Counted from the first letter of the stretch, positions 1-7,575 are shown. The stretch is DNA of 32,000 nucleotides from Gemmata obscuriglobus (GCF_008065095.1 NZ_CP042911.1:8940001-8972000); one strand, 5' to 3'. Numbers and translations are program-made. The notes: generated by a model from the sequence alone, not told the origin.

Positions 1-130
1 GTCGGTACTCGGGTGACTACTCCCGACTTGGCGCGGTAGATCTCTCCGGCCCGGCCGGCGACCTTCCGCGTGCAAAAAAAGGTCAAACAGGGATGCCGAC
101 CTTCTGCTGCTACTTGCACGGAGATTCCTC

Positions 131-982
131 GTGTCGTTCTTAACACGCGCTTACCCGCGGCGGCGTATCGGCTTCACGCTCATCGAACTCCTCGTTGTGC
201 TCGCCATCATCGCTGTGATGATTGGCCTTCTGCTACCCGCGGTGCAATCGGTGCGGGTCACGGCCAAGCGGATGCAGAACCTGAACAATTTGAAGCAACT
301 CGGGTTGGCCGTTCATCAGTACGCGTCTGCGCGCGGCGGTCGGCTGCCGACATTTCCTTACGAGCAGGTTCCGGGCAGCATTGTACCCAGCACAGTTCAC
401 ATGCAACTTCTCCCGTACGTCGAGCAGGAGAACCTTTACCGGGCCTACTTTCGACAGGGCACGCCGGTGACGGACTCCTACGTCAAGGTGTTCCGTTCGC
501 CGTTCGATGACACCGACTGGGCCTACAAATCAAGTCTGACGAGTTACGCTTACAACCCGCACGTGATCTCACCCTTTCGCCGGATCGAGGGGATTACCGA
601 CGGCACCACCGGGACCATTTTGTTTGCCGAGCGCTACGCCGTTTGTGCCGGCGAGGCGTTCCAGTTCCACAGCCCGATCTCCTACCCATACGGTTCGGCC
701 AGTTCCCAGCGGCCAACGTTCGCGGAATTCGCACGCGGGGATTATTACCCGATCACGAGTGGCGTCCCGCCCGTGAGCGTTGCTTCTGACCGTTCGGTCA
801 CCTTTCAAGTCCGGCCGTTGGCGGGCGAGTGCGACCCGAGGCAGTTAAGCACCGGCGACCCCAAGGGGCTGCCCTGCGCCATGGCCGACGGCAGTGTGCG
901 GGTGGTCAGCCGCGGCGTGGCACCGGCGGCCTTCTGGTCCGCCGTCACCCCGGATGCTGGCGAAGTGGTCCCACTCGACTGA
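131..982 (+). CDS. DUF1559-family protein with prepilin-type N-terminal cleavage/methylation motif (pseudopilin-like)
   Basis: 283-aa ORF with a GTG start and GGAG about 8 nt upstream. The N-terminus [30 protein letters not shown] is the classic prepilin methylation motif plus hydrophobic helix. The C-terminal [10 protein letters not shown]...FWSAV block is typical of planctomycete DUF1559 paralogs. Confidence 0.85.
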   Translation: MSFLTRAYPRRRIGFTLIELLVVLAIIAVMIGLLLPAVQSVRVTAKRMQNLNNLKQLGLAVHQYASARGGRLPTFPYEQVPGSIVPSTVHMQLLPYVEQENLYRAYFRQGTPVTDSYVKVFRSPFDDTDWAYKSSLTSYAYNPHVISPFRRIEGITDGTTGTILFAERYAVCAGEAFQFHSPISYPYGSASSQRPTFAEFARGDYYPITSGVPPVSVASDRSVTFQVRPLAGECDPRQLSTGDPKGLPCAMADGSVRVVSRGVAPAAFWSAVTPDAGEVVPLD

Positions 983-1078
983 GTCGCAGAGTCGGGCGCG
1001 GGTACCGGGCCGACGAGATCGTCGGGGTGTTGAGCGCGTCCGCGGGCGACGCGCGGTGACGGCGCGTACACTACCCGC

Positions 1079-2476
1079 ATGAGCGACAACCCGTTCCGCG
1101 CCCTCCCGTCCGTCGCCAAGGTGCTGGCCAGTCCCGCGCTCGCGCCCGCACACGAGAGCCACCCGGCCGCGGCGGTCACCGCCCAGGTGCGCGCCGCCCT
1201 CGACCGGCTGCGCGACCGGCTGAAAGCCGGTGAACCGCTGTCCGCCGATGTCGATACGATCGCCCGCGAAGCCATGAGCGCGCTCGACGCCCAAAGCCGC
1301 CCCCTCTTGCGATCGGTCATCAACGCGACCGGCATCGTCCTGCACACCAACCTCGGGCGCTCGCCGCTCCACGAAGAGGCCGCCCGCGCCGCTTACGAGG
1401 CCGCCCGCGGGTACCTCAACCTCGAACTCGACCTCGCGACCGGTAAGCGCTCCTCGCGCCAAAGCCCCGTCCGCGCGGGCCTGAAGGCCGTCACCGGAGC
1501 CGAGGGCGCGACGGCCGTGAACAACTGCGCCGCGGCAACCGTGATCGCGCTCCGGGCGATCGCGGCCGGTAAAGAAGTGGTCGTGTCGCGCGGGCAGTTG
1601 GTCGAGATCGGCGGGAGCTTTCGCATCCCCGATGTGATGGCGGTCAGCGGCGCCGCGCTGCGCGAGGTGGGCACCACCAACATCACCCGCCTGAGCGATT
1701 ACGAGCGCGCGATCACGCCCAACACGGCGGCGCTCATGCGGGTGCATTGCAGCAACTACCGCGTGCGCGGGTACACGAAGTCGGTCGAACTCGAAGACCT
1801 CGTCGCGCTCGGGCGCAAGCACAACCTCCTCGTGATCGACGACGCGGGGAGCGGCCAGGTCGCCGACCTCACCCCCTTCGGACTGCCCGGCGAGCCGCTC
1901 ATTTCCGCGAGCGTGTCCGCCGGCGCGGACCTGGTGCTCTTCAGCGGCGACAAGCTCCTCGGCGGCCCGCAGTGCGGGCTCATCGTCGGAAAGGCCGACC
2001 TGATTCAGCGCATCGAGAAGGACCCGCTGATGCGCGCGTTCCGGCTCGACAAAATGACCCTCGCCGCCCTCGAAGCGACGCTGTTACTCCACCGCGACGC
2101 GAAGAAGGCGGTTCGCGACGTTCCCACGCTCCGGATGCTCACAACCCCGCTCGCCGAGCTGAAGCGGCGGACCGAGTCCTTCGCCGAGTGGGTGCGCGAG
2201 ATCCCCGGGGTGACGCTCGGCGTGTGGGAGGACGAGGCGTTCGTCGGCGGCGGCTCGCTGCCGGATGTGAGCGTTCCGACGGTGGTGCTGGGGTTGAGTG
2301 CGGCGGGCCTGAGCGAATCCGAACTCGCGGCGCGTCTCCGCACAGGAACGCCCGCGGTGATGGCCCGCGTTCAGGACGGCCGCGTCCTCCTGGACCTGCG
2401 GTGCGTGCTGGAGCGACAGGAAGCAGAACTGCTCGGCGCGCTCACAATTGCGTGTGCGGAGCACTCACCTTCGTAA
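1079..2476 (+). CDS. selA: L-seryl-tRNA(Sec) selenium transferase
   Basis: 465-aa ORF carrying SelA signatures: VINATGIVLHTNLGRSPL, GGSFRIPDVM, RVHCSNYRVRGYT and the PLP-lysine block FSGDKLLGGPQCGLIVGK, followed by RAFRLDKMTLAALEATLLLH. Confidence 0.92.
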   Translation: MSDNPFRALPSVAKVLASPALAPAHESHPAAAVTAQVRAALDRLRDRLKAGEPLSADVDTIAREAMSALDAQSRPLLRSVINATGIVLHTNLGRSPLHEEAARAAYEAARGYLNLELDLATGKRSSRQSPVRAGLKAVTGAEGATAVNNCAAATVIALRAIAAGKEVVVSRGQLVEIGGSFRIPDVMAVSGAALREVGTTNITRLSDYERAITPNTAALMRVHCSNYRVRGYTKSVELEDLVALGRKHNLLVIDDAGSGQVADLTPFGLPGEPLISASVSAGADLVLFSGDKLLGGPQCGLIVGKADLIQRIEKDPLMRAFRLDKMTLAALEATLLLHRDAKKAVRDVPTLRMLTTPLAELKRRTESFAEWVREIPGVTLGVWEDEAFVGGGSLPDVSVPTVVLGLSAAGLSESELAARLRTGTPAVMARVQDGRVLLDLRCVLERQEAELLGALTIACAEHSPS

Positions 2477-2825
2477 CACTCCGAGGCCGCGCCCAGCGCT
2501 CCCACGGCACGAACAGCACGTAAAACGTCAGCGAGTACAGCGCGAAGTGCCCCACTTCGAGCGTCAGGAATGTGATGATGTGAAACGCCACGCCCATCAC
2601 CAGGCACAGCACGCGGGTCCGCCGAAACGCGAGCAGCACCGGGAACGCCAGCTCCCAGCCGATCGTGACCCACGAACTCAACCGGTGCGCGAACGGCGGC
2701 AAGTACGGGCTCAGGTTCGGCGTCAGCGACCACTCCAGATCGTGGTTCACGAAGTACATCACGTACCCCGTCTGCCACCCCGGGGACACCAGCTTGTAAA
2801 CCGCGCTGAACACGTACAGGCACAC
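2442..2825 (-). CDS. small multi-pass membrane protein resembling only the C-terminal half of an HTTM-type domain; possible gene remnant
   Basis: Only the 3' ~380 nt of the 289-aa minus-strand ORF look coding; upstream of that it is antisense to the hydrolase gene. Hydrophobic segments include SWVTIGWELAFPVLLAFRRTRVLCLVMGVAFHIITFLTLEVGHFALYSLTFYVLFVPWE. Start is uncertain: GTG at 2825 (127 aa) or ATG at 2759 (105 aa). The 3' end overlaps the selA 3' end by 35 nt. Confidence 0.4.
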   Translation of the reverse strand: MCLYVFSAVYKLVSPGWQTGYVMYFVNHDLEWSLTPNLSPYLPPFAHRLSSWVTIGWELAFPVLLAFRRTRVLCLVMGVAFHIITFLTLEVGHFALYSLTFYVLFVPWERWARPRSVTKVSAPHTQL

Positions 2826-2861
2826 GAACTGAACCAGCCGTCGCGCGACTCGGAGGTTGAC

Positions 2862-3785
2862 ATGCCGGTTCCCGGTCGGAAGAGCGCCCGGAGGAGGTGG
2901 AGGGTGTGGCTGCTCGCCCTTGGCGCTCTTGGCGCCACATTTTGGCTGCTGGGCTCCTACGCGGCCGCGTACCGGCTCACGCACCGGGCCGGTCCCCAGC
3001 AGCCGGAGCCGGCGCCCACACTCGCGTGGGGCCGCATCGAGCCGTTTCGCCTGGCCACCGCCGACGGCCAGGAACTCGGCGCGTGGTTCGTTGATGGGCG
3101 CCCCGATCGGCCGCTCGTTCTGTTCCTCCACGGTAACGGCGGGCGCCGGTCCGCGTGCCTCAAGGAGGCGGAACTCATCGCGAGTACCGGGAGCGCGGTC
3201 CTGATGATTTCGTTCCGCGCGCACGGGGACTCGACCGGTGACGTGAACGACTTCGGGTACAGCGGACGGCACGACGTGATCGCGGCAGTCGAGTGGCTCC
3301 GGGCGCGACACCCCGGGCGCCCGGTGGTCGTTTGGGGGCAGTCGCTGGGATCGGCGGCGGCGGTATTCGCCGCAGAGGAGTTAGGGAACCGGGTAGCCGG
3401 CTACATCCTGGAATGCCCCTATCAGGACCTCCGGACCGCGACCCGGAACCGGACCCGTATGTACCTGCCGCCCGGGCTCGAGTTCGTCGCGTACACGGGC
3501 TTCTCCGTCGTCGCGCCGATGCTCCTGTCGAACATCAACGACATTTCTCCGCTGACCGCCGCCGCACGAATTCCGGCGTCGGCTCGGGTGCTGGTTCTGG
3601 CCGGAAGCGCCGATCGTCGCGCGCGACCGACCGAGGCGGCAGCCATCGCCGACGCGATCGGGGAACGGGCGGAGTTGGTCGTCATCGAAGGTGGCGATCA
3701 CCTTCACCTCGCCGCGGCTGAACCGGAACGGTACCGGAAGGCGGTGACCGGCTTTTTGGAGCGGTGTGCGCCGGTCGAGAAGTGA
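2862..3785 (+). CDS. membrane-anchored alpha/beta hydrolase
   Basis: ATG at 2862 inside the longer 2448-3785 ORF. N-terminal anchor RRRWRVWLLALGALGATFWLLG, HG oxyanion block LVLFLHGNGG, nucleophile elbow GQSLGS, and a late GGDHLH histidine block. Confidence 0.85.
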   Translation: MPVPGRKSARRRWRVWLLALGALGATFWLLGSYAAAYRLTHRAGPQQPEPAPTLAWGRIEPFRLATADGQELGAWFVDGRPDRPLVLFLHGNGGRRSACLKEAELIASTGSAVLMISFRAHGDSTGDVNDFGYSGRHDVIAAVEWLRARHPGRPVVVWGQSLGSAAAVFAAEELGNRVAGYILECPYQDLRTATRNRTRMYLPPGLEFVAYTGFSVVAPMLLSNINDISPLTAAARIPASARVLVLAGSADRRARPTEAAAIADAIGERAELVVIEGGDHLHLAAAEPERYRKAVTGFLERCAPVEK

Positions 3786-3808
3786 GCCGGGTCCGGTAGA
3801 ATACCGCA

Positions 3809-4927
3809 ATGGAACCGGTGTACCTCGACCACAACGCGACCACGCCGCTCCGGCCCGAAGTGTGGGAGCGGATGCGGCCGCTGATGCTGGAGACGTTCGG
3901 GAACCCGTCGTCGGCGCACGCGTTCGGGCGGAAGGCCCGTCAGGCACTCGAAGACGCGCGCGAGAAGGCGAGCGCGCTCCTGGGGGCACACCCCGACGAG
4001 CTGACGTTCACCAGCGGGGCGACCGAGGCGAACAACCTCGCGATCTTCGGGCTGCGGCCGGCGCGCGCGGTCGCCTCCCCCATCGAACACCCGTGCGTCG
4101 TGGAACCGCTCCGGCGACTGGAAGCGGGCGGCGCGGCGGTCGAGTGGCTCCCGGCGGACGAGCGCGGGGTGATCGCCTGGCGCGAGCCCGCCGCCGACGC
4201 CGATCTGGTCTGCGTGATGCTCGCCAACCACGAGACCGGAGCGGTTCAGCCGGTCCGCGCGATCGCGGCCACGCTCCCGAAAGGCACGAAGCTCCACTGC
4301 GACGCCGTTCAGGCCGTGGGGAAGATCGGGGTCGATTTTCACGAACTCGGCGCGACCACCCTCACTGCCAGCGCGCACAAGTTCGGCGGGCCGAAGGGGG
4401 TCGGGCTGCTGCTCACGAGGCGCGGCACGGACCTGAAGCCGCACACCTTTGGCGGGCACCAGCAGGGCGGCCGGCGCCCGGGTACGGAACCGGTCGCGCT
4501 CGCCGTCGGGATGGCCGCGGCGCTAGAGATCGCGACCCGCGACCTCGCTGCGAACCGGGCGGCGCTCGCCGCGCACCGGGCGCGGCTCTGGGACGCCCTG
4601 CGGCGCGAGTGCGCGCCCGTTGTGCTGAACGGTCCCGAGATCGGGGCCGCGGACGTGGCACCGGCCGCGCTGAACGTGTCGTTCCCGGGGTGCCGGGCGG
4701 ACCTACTCCTCATGTCCCTCGACCTGGCCCGGGTCGCGTGCTCGACCGGGTCCGCGTGTTCGAGCGGGAGCCTGTTACCCAGCCCCGTACTGCGGGCGAT
4801 GGGCGTACCGGACGAGGTACTGAAGTCGGCACTCCGGTTCAGCTTCTCGCCGGCACAAACGAGCGCCGAGATCGACGAAGCGGCAGCTCGCATCGCCCGC
4901 TGCGTGCGGATGACGCGCAACGGGTAA
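3809..4927 (+). CDS. cysteine desulfurase, class V aminotransferase (NifS/IscS family)
   Basis: 372 aa. N-terminus YLDHNATTP, then FTSGATEANN, PLP-lysine motif SAHKFGGPKGVG and the active-site cysteine loop CSTGSACSSGS. Starts 23 nt after the hydrolase stop, so probably co-transcribed. Confidence 0.9.
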   Translation: MEPVYLDHNATTPLRPEVWERMRPLMLETFGNPSSAHAFGRKARQALEDAREKASALLGAHPDELTFTSGATEANNLAIFGLRPARAVASPIEHPCVVEPLRRLEAGGAAVEWLPADERGVIAWREPAADADLVCVMLANHETGAVQPVRAIAATLPKGTKLHCDAVQAVGKIGVDFHELGATTLTASAHKFGGPKGVGLLLTRRGTDLKPHTFGGHQQGGRRPGTEPVALAVGMAAALEIATRDLAANRAALAAHRARLWDALRRECAPVVLNGPEIGAADVAPAALNVSFPGCRADLLLMSLDLARVACSTGSACSSGSLLPSPVLRAMGVPDEVLKSALRFSFSPAQTSAEIDEAAARIARCVRMTRNG

Positions 4928-4997
4928 CGTGAAATCTTTGAGTTCGTCCGGAGGTGCCGCAAACCGGACCCAGTCGTTTCAAGCTGGTCGTATGCTC

Positions 4998-5033
4998 GCG
5001 CCGCACACACAGGAATGTCTGTGCCACAAGAAA
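4998..5033 (+). repeat. REP-like hairpin element, family 1, copy 1
   Basis: gcgccgcacacacaggaatgtctgtgccacaagaaac. The core GCACA(C/G)ACA-GGAA-TGTCTGTGC folds into a 9-bp stem. It sits in the convergent intergenic gap between the desulfurase and flavoprotein genes. Near-identical copies lie at 20992-21024 and 21036-21068. Confidence 0.8.
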
Positions 5034-5058
5034 CAAACACAACTACCCGGACCATGAA

Positions 5059-6297
5059 TCAGAGCTGGCGGCCCGCGAGCCGTCCCGTGCTCCACGCGGA
5101 CTGGAAGTTGTACCCGCCGATCCAGCCGTCGAGGTCGAGCAGTTCGCCCGCGAAGTACAAGCCCGCCGCGCGCTTGCTCTGCATCGTGCGCGAATCGACC
5201 TCGTCCAGGCTCACCCCGCCGGCGGTGACCTCGGCCTTCTCGAACCCGAGTGTCCCGCGCAGCGGCATCCGGAGTCGCTTCGTCGCGCCCACCAGGGCGA
5301 GGCGGTCGGCCTTGGCCAGCGCCGCGGCCTTACGGTCCGCCGCCATGCCGCACAGCGCCAGGAGCTGGTCGGCAAGCCGGCGCGGGAGCTTGTCCGCGAG
5401 CACCACCGCGAGTTGCTTCTTGCCCGACGCCAGCGACTCGGCTTGCAAGAAATCGTTGAACGCCTGCTCCGGCTCGGTCGGGAGAAAATCGGCTTCGAGG
5501 GTCAGTGACCGCGGCTCGGCGTGCCCGCTCACCGCCCGGCTCACGTCCAGCGGCGCCGGCCCGGTGAGGCCGAAGTGCGCGAACAGCATCGAGCCCCGGC
5601 GCTGCGTGAGCGCCTTACCCTGCGGGGGAAGCACCTTCAGGTTCACGTCGGGCAGGGTGATGCCGCGCAGCTCGCCGACCCATTCGGGCTGGACCGTGAG
5701 CGGCACGAGGGCCGGGCTCTGGCCCACGATCGTGTGCCCGAACTTGGCCGCCAGGGCGTACCCGTCGCCGGTGGTGCCGCACCCGGGGTACGACCGGCCG
5801 CCGGTGGTGAGCAGCACCCGCTCGGCGGTTAACGTGCGCGCGGGTGTGAGCACCCGGAACCCGCCGTCGGGGCGCGGCTCCACGTCTTTTACCGGCTCGT
5901 TCAGCGCGAGCACGGCCCCGCTCCGCGCGAGCCGCTTCAGGAGCGCGTCGAGGACATCGACCGCACGGTCGCTGACCGGGAACACCTTACCGGTATCCTC
6001 GACTTTTGTTGCCACGCCTTCGCCGTTAAAGAACGCGACTGTTTCGCGCGGCCCGAGCGCCGCGAGCGCGGAGTGGAGGAACTTCCCGTTCGGCCCGAAC
6101 GCCTCAACAATGCCCCGGGCGTCGCAGTCGTGGGTGATGTTGCACCGCGTCCCGCCGCTCATCAGGATTTTGACGCCGGGCTTCTTCCCCTTCTCCAGAA
6201 GCAGAACCCGACGCCCTCGCTCGGCAGCATGAATTGCGGCCATCAACCCCGCTGCACCAGCCCCGGCGATGATTGCGTCGTAGTCGAACGTCGTCAT
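5059..6297 (-). CDS. FAD-dependent oxidoreductase, HI0933/BaiN (aminoacetone-oxidase-like) family
   Basis: 412 aa. N-terminal dinucleotide fold DAIIAGAGAAGLMAAIHAAERGRRVLLLEKGKKPGVKILMSGGTRCN. Family-typical C-terminus EVTAGGVSLDEVDSRTMQSK...GLYFAGELLDLDGWIGGYNFQSAWSTG. Confidence 0.9.
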   Translation of the reverse strand: MTTFDYDAIIAGAGAAGLMAAIHAAERGRRVLLLEKGKKPGVKILMSGGTRCNITHDCDARGIVEAFGPNGKFLHSALAALGPRETVAFFNGEGVATKVEDTGKVFPVSDRAVDVLDALLKRLARSGAVLALNEPVKDVEPRPDGGFRVLTPARTLTAERVLLTTGGRSYPGCGTTGDGYALAAKFGHTIVGQSPALVPLTVQPEWVGELRGITLPDVNLKVLPPQGKALTQRRGSMLFAHFGLTGPAPLDVSRAVSGHAEPRSLTLEADFLPTEPEQAFNDFLQAESLASGKKQLAVVLADKLPRRLADQLLALCGMAADRKAAALAKADRLALVGATKRLRMPLRGTLGFEKAEVTAGGVSLDEVDSRTMQSKRAAGLYFAGELLDLDGWIGGYNFQSAWSTGRLAGRQL

Positions 6298-6361
6298 GGA
6301 AACACCAAGTTACCCGGCCGCTATACTTGATTCGGCGCGCCGTTCAGGAGAATTTGAAGGC

Positions 6362-6706
6362 ATGAACGTCCGACTGATAGCACCCGACACCACTGGCGGC
6401 ACACGTTACCTCTGGCTCACTCCGGGAGCAGAGTACGAAGTCCTCGGAATTGAGGCCGACTGGTTACGGCTTCTCAACGACCGGGGGGAGCCGGTACTGT
6501 ACGACCCGGCTTGCTTCGAGATGATCGATCCGACAGAACCGGAAGATTGGGTGTCGGTGGTGGAGGATGGTGTCAGGTACGCGTACCCACCGGCTTGGGG
6601 ATGCCCCGGCTTCTTCGAGGACTGGCACGACGGGGCTCCAAAAGTCCGCGAACAGTTCTCAACGACTTTGGCCCAGCGGTCTGCGAACTCGTCATCACGA
6701 TCGTGA
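6362..6706 (+). CDS. hypothetical small protein (cassette 1)
   Basis: 114 aa from the ATG at 6362, with AGGAGA about 10 nt upstream; the ORF-track start at 6296 would overlap the flavoprotein start codon. Visibly lower GC than flanking DNA. Sequence MNVRLIAPD...YEVLGIEADWLRLLNDRGEPVLYDPACFEMIDP...YAYPPAWGCPGFFEDWHDG. No family recognised with confidence. Confidence 0.6.
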   Translation: MNVRLIAPDTTGGTRYLWLTPGAEYEVLGIEADWLRLLNDRGEPVLYDPACFEMIDPTEPEDWVSVVEDGVRYAYPPAWGCPGFFEDWHDGAPKVREQFSTTLAQRSANSSSRS

Positions 6707-6732
6707 CGGAGTTCGTTACGTAAAATTTCCCC

Positions 6733-6888
6733 GCACCGCGTCCCGCCGCTCATGAGGATCTTGACGCCGGGCTTCTTCCCATTTTCCAGAAGCAACACCC
6801 GGCGCCCCCGCTCGGCGGCGTGGATCGCAGCCATAAGCCCGGCGGCTCCGGCACCGGCGATAATCGCGTCGTAATCGAAGCTGATCAT
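6733..6888 (-). pseudogene. displaced 5' fragment B of the flavoprotein gene (codons 1-52)
   Basis: Encodes MISFDYDAIIAGAGAAGLMAAIHAAERGRRVLLLENGKKPGVKILMSGGTRC, 49/52 identical to the intact gene start at 6142-6297. Nucleotide identity is only about 80% by hand count. Homology stops exactly after the TGC (Cys52) codon. Confidence 0.85.
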
Positions 6889-6935
6889 GGTCACAGGGGA
6901 CTCCGAATCTGCCGTCAAGCAAAAGACGAATATGC

Positions 6936-7313
6936 TTATGTCTCACTGGATGGTTCGGCCCATGCGAGTTGAAGCTCCTCCCAGGATTTGTAGCCCTTGA
7001 CCCAAGGGAACTTCGCCCCTGTCTCCTTGGTCCAGGTCAGGTGAACAAACGCGAGTGGCATCTCAGGATGGGCGGTGAAGAAAAGAAACTCGTTCGGGTC
7101 ACCACCGTTCCGGGCAATAGGAGAGCACGGCACTTGAAATAGTTGGTGGGCAGGGCTGACCTCTCGCTGAAGTTCATCGGCAAGGGAGTCGGATGGAGGT
7201 TCCCCACCAAACGTCTCGGCCATGATACGGGGGTATCCAAGCCAAGTGTCACCGGCGGGGATTGGTGCCCAGTTGGCAGGCCAAGCAAAGCCTTCCGGCG
7301 GCGTTGGTGTCAT
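6936..7313 (-). CDS. hypothetical small protein (cassette 2)
   Basis: 125-aa ORF with an ATG start 3 nt after the stop of the fragment-C mini-ORF. One 60-nt sample line counted 57% GC, against ~80% in a selA line. Sequence includes ELQREVSPAHQLFQVPCSPIARNGGDPNEFLFFTAHPEMPLAFVHLTWTKE. No family recognised with confidence. Confidence 0.6.
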   Translation of the reverse strand: MTPTPPEGFAWPANWAPIPAGDTWLGYPRIMAETFGGEPPSDSLADELQREVSPAHQLFQVPCSPIARNGGDPNEFLFFTAHPEMPLAFVHLTWTKETGAKFPWVKGYKSWEELQLAWAEPSSET

Positions 7314-7316
7314 GAG

Positions 7317-7454
7317 TTATTCCCCGAGCCGGGTTCGATGCAAAATTCCGTCGCATCGCGTCCCGCCGCTCATCAGTATCTTGACGCCGGGCTTCTTCCC
7401 TTTCTCCAGCAGCAACACCCGACGCCCTTGCTCGGCAGCGTGGATCACGGTCAT
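7317..7454 (-). pseudogene. displaced, 5'-truncated fragment C of the flavoprotein gene, now a 45-codon mini-ORF
   Basis: 7353-7454 encodes MTVIHAAEQGRRVLLLEKGKKPGVKILMSGGTRC, matching residues 19-52 of the intact protein. Homology ends after the same TGC codon as fragment B. The frame then runs 11 unrelated codons to TAA at 7317-7319. Confidence 0.8.
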
Positions 7455-7509
7455 TAGTACCGTGGTTCAGGCTCATGCTACTCGCGGAAAATCCCTGCTC
7501 TAAAGCAAC

Positions 7510-7542
7510 GGCCCCGGTCCTTTCTTGCGAAGGACCGGGGCC
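7510..7542 (-). terminator. hairpin downstream of the giant surface-protein gene
   Basis: ggccccggtcct / aggaccggggcc form a 12-bp perfect GC-rich stem with a 9-nt loop, 34 nt past the stop at 7576. On the minus strand it is followed by only a weak GTTGCTTTA tract. Confidence 0.5.
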
Positions 7543-7575
7543 GCGCCCGAACTCACGTTGAGCTCGCGTTCGGAA

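Noticed and set aside
1-90. Possible start of a minus-strand gene running off the 5' edge (TTG ACC TTT TTT TGC ACG CGG AAG...)
   Set aside because: Only about 28 codons are visible, with no recognisable motif or ribosome-binding site, so it cannot be supported from this window.
983-1078. Possible tRNA-Sec (selC) in the gap upstream of selA
   Set aside because: The 96-nt gap has no TCA-anticodon loop context (no T-TCA-A) and no cloverleaf-compatible arms that I could fold.
845-1822. 325-aa minus-strand ORF overlapping selA, plus other off-frame ORFs at 70-510, 805-1350 and 1747-2523
   Set aside because: They are antisense or off-frame to confidently identified genes. The translations are Arg/Ala/Gly/Pro-rich, as is typical of non-coding frames in high-GC DNA.
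5015-6232. 405-aa plus-strand ORF opposite the flavoprotein gene
   Set aside because: It is antisense to a gene with strong family signatures, and its Ser/Arg/Pro/Ala-rich translation has no motifs.
6711-6732. Cassette junctions as integron attC sites (the TTACGTAA palindrome at 6714-6721)
   Set aside because: I found no GTTRRRY / RYYYAAC core pair or attC-like imperfect hairpin at either junction. Only the short AAAATT(T)CC motif is shared, so a classical integron is not supported.
6406-6918. 170-aa minus-strand ORF that looks like a second flavoprotein-like gene
   Set aside because: Only its first ~60 residues (fragment B) are homologous to the flavoprotein. The remainder is the antisense read-through of the cassette-1 ORF. 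It is a chimeric open frame and not a functional gene.
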